A stretch of 57,866 nt of DNA from Thermoplasmata archaeon (GTDB lineage Archaea > Thermoplasmatota > Thermoplasmata > Lutacidiplasmatales > UBA184). The DNA lies in NCBI GenBank assembly GCA_035632035.1, contig DASQHP010000037.1, positions 1-57,866 on the forward strand. Reading direction: 5' to 3'. Each line of letters opens with the position of its first letter. Positions within the stretch are counted from its first letter, which is position 1. Positions 52,154-57,866 of the stretch are shown here, piece by piece. Below the pieces are notes generated by a model that ran no database searches, was not told the DNA's origin, and saw only the letters and a list, made by a program, of their open reading frames with translations. The position numbers and the translations under genes are program-made.

Positions 52154-53126
52154 GAGCCCCCTTCGGCACGACGAGGTCGGTGCCGGCCGGGTCCGCGCGC
52201 ACGACGTACGCCGCGCCTCCGGCCCGCTGCACGCGTCGCGTCGCCTCCGCCTCGCGTCCACTCCGGACGAGGGCGACGATCGATCCCCCCGCGCCGGCCC
52301 CGGTGAGCTTCGCCCCCTCCGACACGGGCCGCACCGCGTCCAGGAGGGCCTCCAGCCGGGGGTGGGAGACTCCGACCTCCCGCAGGAGGGCGTGGTTCCG
52401 GTCGAGGAGGGGACCGATGGCGGCGCGGTCCTCCCGCGCGACCGCCTCCACGCCGAGCGTGGCCACCTCTCGGAACTGCTCCAGCAGGCGGGAACCATCG
52501 GGCTCCGAGAGCCGGCGCTCGACAGCGCGTACGGCGTCGGCGGTGCTCCGGGGCACTCCCGAGTAGGCGACGAGCCAGACCCACCCGGGGTCGGTGACCC
52601 GTCGCGCGGTCCACCGGTTCGACCCGTCGCTCAGCTCCCAGAGGAGCGCCCCGCTCCCGGCATTGACCGCCACATACCCGCCGCCGACGACCGCGGAGGT
52701 GTCCCCGGGGCTCCCGACGCCCTGGGCAGCGCGTTCGATGGCGAAGCTGTGCTCGGCGAGCAGGGAACGCTCGACCCCGCCCCGAACCGCCGATAGGCCC
52801 GCGGCAAGGGCCGACGTGAACGCCGCCGACGACCCGAGCCCCGCGGCCCGGGGGATCCGGGAGACGACCTCCACGTTGAACGCTCCGTACGCGTCATCCC
52901 AGAGCCGCTCGCGAGCCGCCTTGAGATACGGGTGGGCGCTCGCCGCCTCGGTCGATCCGTTGAGGCGATAGTCGGGAGACGGAGTGATCCCGAGCTGCAG
53001 GGGAAGGTCGATCGCGAGCAGGAGCTCCGGTTCTCCCCGGACGACGGCGTGCTCCCCGAAGAGGATGCACTTGCCGGGAGAGCGGCTCGAGACCGGCAAT
53101 CCGCTGGCGGCGATGGCGTCGTTCAT
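52113..53126 (-). CDS. mvk: Mevalonate kinase (GHMP family)
   Basis: 337 aa. Contains PGKCILFGEHAVV, PRAAGLGSSAAFTSALA and KLTGAGAGGS. An ATGA overlap with the trm56 stop lies at 53123-53126. Confidence 0.8.
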   Translation of the reverse strand: MNDAIAASGLPVSSRSPGKCILFGEHAVVRGEPELLLAIDLPLQLGITPSPDYRLNGSTEAASAHPYLKAARERLWDDAYGAFNVEVVSRIPRAAGLGSSAAFTSALAAGLSAVRGGVERSLLAEHSFAIERAAQGVGSPGDTSAVVGGGYVAVNAGSGALLWELSDGSNRWTARRVTDPGWVWLVAYSGVPRSTADAVRAVERRLSEPDGSRLLEQFREVATLGVEAVAREDRAAIGPLLDRNHALLREVGVSHPRLEALLDAVRPVSEGAKLTGAGAGGSIVALVRSGREAEATRRVQRAGGAAYVVRADPAGTDLVVPKGAPSAGLRSAPPPPP

Positions 53127-53680
53127 GAAGGGCCTGGCTCCCGACGCGCTCGACGCACTTCCTTCCCTCGGGCGCGGGGGACGATCTCGTGGGTCGCCCC
53201 CTCCCAGGCTCCGGCGGGTGGGAGTCCTCCCAGCCGGTCGAGGACGATCGCGAGCGCGGCTACCTCGCTGTGCGGCTGATGCCCGACCGCGACGTTGAAC
53301 GTGGCCAGTCGGTACAGATCCGCCGGCACCTTCGCCCCTCCGACCACGACGAGCAGCGGGCGCTGCCGGTCGATCCGGGGGATCACGGCATCGAGCGGCT
53401 CTCCGTACATCGTCAGATGGAGCACCGTCCCCTCGAACTTCCGGAGGAGGCCTCGCCAGTCTCGGACCCCATCGACCTGGAACTTTCCCCCCCAGCGTTC
53501 AGTCACGCGGCGCAGACGGTCGGCGAGGGCGGGGTCGGGGGGCTCGAGGAACAATCCCGCCGCGCCCAGCGCGCGGGCGGCCAGGGCCACGTGCGTCGTG
53601 AGCCGCGGATCCCGGCCGGCGCGATGCCCGAGCCGGAGGACGCGGATCTCCGGGGCGCTAGGTCTCCGCGGGCGGGGCAT
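53123..53680 (-). CDS. trm56: tRNA (cytidine56-2'-O)-methyltransferase aTrm56 (SPOUT)
   Basis: 185 aa. Contains VLRLGHRAGRDPRLTTHVALAARALGA...HLTMYGE...LLVVVGGAKVP..LY..A.FNVAVGHQPHSEVAALAIVLDRL. Confidence 0.75.
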   Translation of the reverse strand: MPRPRRPSAPEIRVLRLGHRAGRDPRLTTHVALAARALGAAGLFLEPPDPALADRLRRVTERWGGKFQVDGVRDWRGLLRKFEGTVLHLTMYGEPLDAVIPRIDRQRPLLVVVGGAKVPADLYRLATFNVAVGHQPHSEVAALAIVLDRLGGLPPAGAWEGATHEIVPRARGKEVRRARREPGPS

Positions 53681-54173
53681 GGAATCGCTCGATCCGGTGG
53701 CCCCGATACTCGAGCTTGTCGGACCGCTTCACGAGCCCCTTGAGGCGGGTCGCCGTCATCCCCAGCTCTTCGGCCACGTCGGAGAAGAATCGGCCGGCAT
53801 CCCCCACGGCATCGTAGATCCGCTTCTCGAGCTTCTCGTACTCCTTCGGGCTCATGCTGGCGATCGCCAGGATCTCGCTGACCTCCTGGAGCGGGGCGGT
53901 CGTGTTGATGTTGATGGTCGAGTAGTAGAAGTGGTAGCTCTTGTCCGGGGTGCGACGCCCCTCCCGCGCCACCCAGCGGGTGTCGATGAGCTTCAGCTTC
54001 TCGAAGAAGTTGAGCGCCTTCGTCCCCTCGCTGCCGAACTCCCGCAGAACATCGTCCTCGGTGAGCCAGCTGTCGGCGAGCCGCTGGACGAGCTTCAGCT
54101 TGAGCGGGGTATCGACGGCCCGCAGGATCGGAACGAGCTCGCTGACGTCGTTGACCACCTTGATCCGATGCAT
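53658..54173 (-). CDS. Conserved hypothetical protein (possible winged-helix)
   Basis: 171 aa with good protein-like composition. It lies between nop10 and trm56. No family was recognised. Confidence 0.45.
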   Translation of the reverse strand: MHRIKVVNDVSELVPILRAVDTPLKLKLVQRLADSWLTEDDVLREFGSEGTKALNFFEKLKLIDTRWVAREGRRTPDKSYHFYYSTININTTAPLQEVSEILAIASMSPKEYEKLEKRIYDAVGDAGRFFSDVAEELGMTATRLKGLVKRSDKLEYRGHRIERFHAPPAET

Positions 54174-54185
54174 CGCGACCCGTCC

Positions 54186-54359
54186 CTACCTGGATGACCC
54201 TGCCGCATCGAAGAGCGCCCGACGATACCGACCCCACCGGTCCTGCGGCGAGAAGCGCGCGGGATGCGGGGTCCGCGTCGCCCCACGGCACGAGGGGCAG
54301 ACCTCGGACAACGTGTACTTCTGACAGCTCCGGCAAACGTGGAGGATCGATTCGGTCAT
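54186..54359 (-). CDS. nop10: H/ACA RNP protein Nop10
   Basis: 57 aa from the ATG at 54359 (ATGA overlap with the aIF2-alpha stop). The sequence is MTESILHVCRSCQKYTLSEVCPSCRGATRTPHPARFSPQDRWGRYRR, a zinc ribbon plus PxRFSP.D. Confidence 0.85.
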   Translation of the reverse strand: MTESILHVCRSCQKYTLSEVCPSCRGATRTPHPARFSPQDRWGRYRRALFDAAGSSR

Positions 54360-55132
54360 GCGCGAACGAAGTTCCCCTGGCCCCCGGCCTGCTTGATGGC
54401 GGCCAGCGCAGCCTCGGTCGCGTGCTTGAGGAGCTCCTCCGCATGCTTGTACTGAGTGCCCGAGACCACGACGCGGTACCGCGGCGCGCCCACGTACTGC
54501 ACCAGGATCGCGTCGGGGTCGACCGCCTCCGCCGCGGCCAACGCGGCCCGGACGTGTTCGACCCCATCGGGGGCCGAGTCGGAGATCTCGAGCGTCCCGT
54601 GGACGGTCACGTGCGGCGGGACCAGGTTCTCCTGGGCGATCTTGCCGAAGGCGCTCACCCACGAGGCGCGCCCATGGTCCTTCTGGAACTTCTTCGGGTC
54701 CGCGCTCGCCGCTTCGAACGCCGCGAACAGCGACCCGTACTTCTCCACGAGGGAGTCGGCGAACTGCGTTTCCGCGTCCTCGACGCTGAGCTTGAGCTGA
54801 GGCGCGACCAGACCCAGGAGCCGAAGGGCCCGCTGCTCGTTCTTCCAGCTCTGGACCTTCTCGCGACGCTGATGGTCGTTGATCCGCTTCAGGGACAGGT
54901 CGACCTGCGACTTCGCCGGATCGACGCGCAGGACCCGCGCCACGATCTTCTGGCCTTCGCGGATGTGGTCCCGAATGTACTTGACCCACCCGGTCGCGAC
55001 CTCGGAGAGGTGGATGAACGCCTCCCGGTTGGCGTACTCGTCGAGCGTGACGAACGCGCCGAAGTTCCGGATGGAGGTCACGGTGCCGACGACCAGTTCT
55101 CCCTCTTCGGGGAGCTCTCCCCGGAGCGGCAT
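54356..55132 (-). CDS. eif2a: Translation initiation factor 2 subunit alpha (aIF2-alpha)
   Basis: 258 aa. The N-terminal S1 domain is GELVVGTVTSIRNFGAFVTLDEYANREAFIHLSEV..GWVKYIRD. Confidence 0.9.
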   Translation of the reverse strand: MPLRGELPEEGELVVGTVTSIRNFGAFVTLDEYANREAFIHLSEVATGWVKYIRDHIREGQKIVARVLRVDPAKSQVDLSLKRINDHQRREKVQSWKNEQRALRLLGLVAPQLKLSVEDAETQFADSLVEKYGSLFAAFEAASADPKKFQKDHGRASWVSAFGKIAQENLVPPHVTVHGTLEISDSAPDGVEHVRAALAAAEAVDPDAILVQYVGAPRYRVVVSGTQYKHAEELLKHATEAALAAIKQAGGQGNFVRA

Positions 55133-55148
55133 CGACGATGGCCCCCGG

Positions 55149-55325
55149 TCAGCCCGTCACGACGCGGACGAACTCTCCTCGAAGGTGGGCCTTCCCCCCG
55201 GTGGGGGTGGCGAGCGTCGCTCCGCAGACCGCGCAGTTCACGGTCGTCGCCGGTCGGCTGAACACGGTCTGCTCACCCGAGCAGTCCGGACACTTCACGA
55301 CCCAGAATGGAGCGGGCGTGGACAT
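55149..55325 (-). CDS. rps27e: Ribosomal protein eS27 (S27e)
   Basis: 58 aa from the ATG at 55325. Contains FWVVKCPDCSGEQTVFSRPATTVNCAVCGATLATPTGGKA (C4 zinc ribbon). Confidence 0.85.
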   Translation of the reverse strand: MSTPAPFWVVKCPDCSGEQTVFSRPATTVNCAVCGATLATPTGGKAHLRGEFVRVVTG

Positions 55326-55330
55326 GGTAT

Positions 55331-55615
55331 CTAGCGGTGCTCCACGAGCTCGAGCTGGCTCGCACGCCAGCTCGGGGGCTGGACCGTGTACTTGCACTTC
55401 TTGCATCGGTACTTGAGGTAGACCCGGCGGACCGCCTTCGCCCGCCCCTCGGGCTTCGGCCGCGGGAATCCCCCGTAGCCGGACGTGGCCCGCCGGAACC
55501 GGCGCTGCCCCCACGCGAGCTCGGAGGCGGGGCGCTTCTTGCCCTTCTCGACTTCATGCTCCGTGTGCACCTTGCACTTCGGGCAGTACGTCGAGACGAC
55601 CTTGGGGTAATGCAT
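55331..55615 (-). CDS. rpl44e: Ribosomal protein eL42 (L44e)
   Basis: 94 aa. The sequence is MHYPKVVSTYCPKCKVHTEHEV...YGGFPRPKPEG..K.......LKYRCKKCKY. Confidence 0.9.
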   Translation of the reverse strand: MHYPKVVSTYCPKCKVHTEHEVEKGKKRPASELAWGQRRFRRATSGYGGFPRPKPEGRAKAVRRVYLKYRCKKCKYTVQPPSWRASQLELVEHR

Positions 55616-55637
55616 CGGGCGCTCGCGAGACGCGATT

Positions 55638-55647
55638 CATATATAGG
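55638..55647 (-). promoter_or_regulatory. TATA box (minus strand CCTATATATG) 25-30 nt upstream of the L44e ATG at 55615; leaderless operon transcript predicted
   Basis: AT island with spacing identical to the other CATATAT elements in the window. Confidence 0.45.
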
Positions 55648-55774
55648 CTTAGGGGAGATTTGCGGCGCGTCGAGGAGATCTCTCTCGCCGCGGGTCGCGG
55701 ATGGCCACAGATTTCTCGCGTCGTCGGCGTCGAGCGCCGGGAGCGCGGCTCCCGGCGGCGCGCGAGCCTGAACC

Positions 55775-55782
55775 TTTATGTA
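55775..55782 (+). promoter_or_regulatory. TATA-like TTTATGTA upstream of the L1-P0-P1 operon
   Basis: It lies 41-48 nt before the ATG at 55823. GAGGGG at 55810-55815 is a candidate SD sequence. Confidence 0.3.
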
Positions 55783-55822
55783 GGCATGCCTTCTCGGCGG
55801 CCCCGCTCCGAGGGGAATTCCG

Positions 55823-56461
55823 ATGGCGGACCGCACCTCAATCGAGGTCGTGAACGAGGCGCTCGAGAAGGCACCTCCCCGTAAGCTCACGGAGTCCGTG
55901 GAGCTCGCGATCAATCTCAAGGACCTCGACCTGTCGGTGCCCAAGAACCGGATCGAGGACGAGGTCACCCTGCCGAACGGCCGGGGCCGACCCGTGCGCG
56001 TCGCGGTGTTCGCGTCGCCCGAGATGTGCCAGAAGATCCGTAGCGTGGCCGACCAGGCGATCGATCCCTCCGGGCTCGACGAATTGCTGAAGGACAAGAA
56101 GCGCGCGAAGAAGCTCGTCGAGGAGACCGACTTCTTCCTCGCGGAGGCCCCGCTCATGCCGACGATCGGTAAGCGGCTGGGAGTCGTACTGGGTCCTCGC
56201 GGAAAGATGCCCCGCCCGGTGCCGCCCGGCGGAGACCCGACGAACCTCATCTCGGCGCTCAAGCGCTCGGTCCGTGTGCGCTCGAAGGGAAACCGCACGT
56301 TCCACACCGCCGTCGGCACCCGCACGATGCCGGCCGAACAGATCGCCCAGAACGTCGACGCCGTGCTGACCCGCATCGTGGGAAAGCTCGAGCGGGGGCG
56401 AACGAACATCGAGTCCGTCTACCTCAAGACCTCCATGGGTCCGTCCATCCGGCTGTGGTGA
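55823..56461 (+). CDS. rpl1: Ribosomal protein uL1
   Basis: 212 aa. Contains ESVELAINLKDLDL..PKNRIEDEVTLP.G and GPRGKMP. Confidence 0.9.
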   Translation: MADRTSIEVVNEALEKAPPRKLTESVELAINLKDLDLSVPKNRIEDEVTLPNGRGRPVRVAVFASPEMCQKIRSVADQAIDPSGLDELLKDKKRAKKLVEETDFFLAEAPLMPTIGKRLGVVLGPRGKMPRPVPPGGDPTNLISALKRSVRVRSKGNRTFHTAVGTRTMPAEQIAQNVDAVLTRIVGKLERGRTNIESVYLKTSMGPSIRLW

Positions 56462-56472
56462 CAGGAGGGTCG

Positions 56473-57339
56473 ATGCCAGGTCGAGGAACCGTCCGCCCCG
56501 AGAAGCTGGCGCGCGTCGGGACGCTGAAGGATGAGCTCCTGGGGCACCCGATGGCCGCCCTTGTGGGGATCCGGGGCGTACCCGCCGCCGCCCTGCAGTC
56601 GATGCGGCGGGAGCTGCGCGACCGCGGGCACCCAATCCTGGTGGCGCCCAACAGCGCGCTCCGCCACGCCATCCAGTCCGCGTCCGAGGAGCGCCCCGCC
56701 CTGAAGCCCCTCCTCGAGCACCTCAGCGACCAGACCGCCATTCTCACGGCCGAGGGAAACCCGTTCTCGCTCTTCCTGGAGCTCGCCCGGACGCGCTCTC
56801 CGACCCCGGCCCGCGGCGGGGAGCTCGCGCCGAACGACATACTCGTCCCCGCGGGGACCACGAGCTTCAAACCCGGCCCCATTGTCGGGGAACTTCAGCA
56901 CGCCGGGTTCCCCGCGGCCATCGAGAAGGGCAAGGTCGTCCTGAAGAAGGACACGCTCATCGTGAAGGCCGGCGACCCGATCTCCCGCGAGGTCGCGGGG
57001 ATGCTGACTCGGCTCGACATCTTCCCGCTCCAGGTCGGCCTCCAGCTGCGCGCTGTCGTCGACGGGGACGTGTTCTACCCGCCGTCCATCCTCAGCGTAG
57101 ACCTGGACGCTCGCCGGGCCGAGTTCGCCCAAGCGCATCGTCGCGCGCTCGGACTCGCGGTCGAGCTCGCCTATCCGACGCGCGAGTCGACGCCGATCCT
57201 GCTCACCCGCGCGCACCGCCGGGCCCTGCTCGTCGCGGTGGCGGCGGGCTACACCACGCCCGAGACGATCACCCCGATTCTGGCCCGCGCCATGCGGGAG
57301 GCGAGAGCCGTCCAGGCGCTTGCCGAGAAGACGAACTAG
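56473..57339 (+). CDS. rplP0: Ribosomal stalk protein uL10 (aP0), short form without the canonical acidic/hydrophobic tail
   Basis: ORF 56455..57339. The ATG at 56473 is preceded by GGAGGG (56464-56469). The uL10 N-domain strings are present (..[21 protein letters not shown]..). The protein ends ...[18 protein letters not shown]. Confidence 0.8.
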   Translation: MPGRGTVRPEKLARVGTLKDELLGHPMAALVGIRGVPAAALQSMRRELRDRGHPILVAPNSALRHAIQSASEERPALKPLLEHLSDQTAILTAEGNPFSLFLELARTRSPTPARGGELAPNDILVPAGTTSFKPGPIVGELQHAGFPAAIEKGKVVLKKDTLIVKAGDPISREVAGMLTRLDIFPLQVGLQLRAVVDGDVFYPPSILSVDLDARRAEFAQAHRRALGLAVELAYPTRESTPILLTRAHRRALLVAVAAGYTTPETITPILARAMREARAVQALAEKTN

Positions 57340-57377
57340 GAAGGTCCACTGAAACGGTCCCGAGAGGAGTGAACGAA

Positions 57378-57680
57378 ATGGAGTACGTGTACGGAGCCCT
57401 GCTGCTCAATGCCGCCGGAAAGCCGATCGATGAGAAGGGCCTCAGCCAGGTCCTTACCGCCGCGGGCGTCGCCCCGGACACCGCCCGGGTGAAGGCGCTC
57501 CTGGCGTCCCTTGAGGGCGTCAATCTGACCGAGGTCCTCGCGAAGGCCGAGACGTTCGCCGCACCCGCGGCGGCGCCCGCGCCGGCCGCCGAGAAGGACG
57601 GCGACGCGATCGACGACCTGAAGCGCAAGCTCGATGAGCTGCAGGGCCAGCTCGCGGAACTCAGCAAGAAGAGCAGCTAG
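57378..57680 (+). CDS. rpl12: Ribosomal stalk protein aP1 (L12e) with a non-canonical C-terminus
   Basis: The ATG at 57378 gives [31 protein letters not shown]..., the standard aP1 opening. There is an Ala/Pro hinge, and the protein ends [25 protein letters not shown]. Confidence 0.8.
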   Translation: MEYVYGALLLNAAGKPIDEKGLSQVLTAAGVAPDTARVKALLASLEGVNLTEVLAKAETFAAPAAAPAPAAEKDGDAIDDLKRKLDELQGQLAELSKKSS

Positions 57681-57683
57681 AGC

Positions 57684-57866
57684 ATGGCCGATCCGGCTCC
57701 TCCGCCCTATGCGGCGCGGCGCGTCATGTCGCCGTGCAAGAGCATCTGCATCATGGATGCCAAGAGCGACATGTGCATCGGCTGCAAGCGCACGATCGCC
57801 GAGATCGCTCGCTGGCCGATGATGGACGACGACGAGCGCCGCACGGTCGTCGATTCGCTGAAGGCC
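57684..57866 (+). CDS. DUF1289-like small Cys-rich protein; incomplete at the right edge
   Basis: Hand translation from the ATG at 57684 gives MADPAPPPYAARRVMSPCKSICIMDAKSDMCIGCKRTIAEIARWPMMDDDERRTVVDSLKA... The SPC..iC......CiGC.RT..EI..W pattern is present. Confidence 0.5.
   Translation, partial: MADPAPPPYAARRVMSPCKSICIMDAKSDMCIGCKRTIAEIARWPMMDDDERRTVVDSLKA

Noticed and set aside
57590-57700. Possibility that the odd aP1 C-terminus is a frameshift artefact hiding a canonical ...GLxxLFG tail
   Set aside because: The other two forward frames hit stop codons within about 10-16 codons and encode nothing resembling the conserved tail.
1-57866. Search for CRISPR repeats, IS or transposase genes, integrase or phage genes, rRNA, and additional tRNAs or C/D-box sRNAs in the intergenic spacers
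   Set aside because: No direct-repeat arrays, no recombinase-like ORFs and no rRNA-like stretches were seen. The other spacers (28143-28227, 38569-38723, 41282-41353, 49706-49790, 55616-55822, 57340-57377) showed no cloverleaf or RUGAUGA/CUGA box pairs by eye. A covariance-model scan would be needed to be sure.

Overview
High-GC (roughly two-thirds G+C by eye), densely coding archaeal chromosomal segment of about 54 genes. I saw no rRNA, CRISPR array, transposase, integrase or prophage signature. The archaeal assignment rests on many archaea-specific genes: aIF5A, aIF2-alpha, Nop10, eS27, eL42 (L44e), uL1/P0/P1, aTrm56, EndA, DTD2, GGGP synthase, DGGGP synthase, CDP-archaeol synthase, mevalonate kinase, and the aspartate-semialdehyde-dependent AroA'/AroB' shikimate route. 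Genes are packed into long co-directional blocks. I verified 13 four-nucleotide ATGA/GTGA start-stop overlaps in the sequence, and these let me correct many ORF-track start sites. Main blocks: (i) two cell-surface proteins with PKD arrays. (ii) An arrestin-like protein plus a TM zinc-ribbon pair. (iii) An acyl-CoA dehydrogenase / CoA-transferase pair. (iv) A 10-gene translationally coupled operon (7017-17377): PqqC/CADD-like, aroA', aroB', aroD-E, aroK, aroA, aroC, asd, aspartokinase, TrpF-like. (v) A 7-gene minus-strand operon (18198-25495) that interleaves three consecutive archaeol-lipid steps with a DUF2070-like membrane protein, an M20 hydrolase, pyrE and endA. (vi) An M16 peptidase pair, DTD2 and an M1 aminopeptidase. 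(vii) A tRNA-Glu(CUC) carrying a 28-nt intron in the T-loop. (viii) An accessory-looking stretch (34.1-49.7 kb) holding a 1484-aa helical-repeat protein, two paralogous Cys-motif secreted proteins, and a 1582-aa protein. That 1582-aa protein is a complete but catalytically degenerate IleRS scaffold fused to an HhH motif, a ~350-aa Pro/Ser/Glu disordered linker and a C-terminal DUF835-like domain. The stretch also contains a 1089-aa surface glycoprotein candidate. (ix) A translation cluster (L44e-S27e-aIF2a-Nop10-...-Trm56-MVK, and L1-P0-P1) in which both stalk proteins lack the canonical C-terminal tail. All family assignments come from motif recognition by eye; no database search was run.
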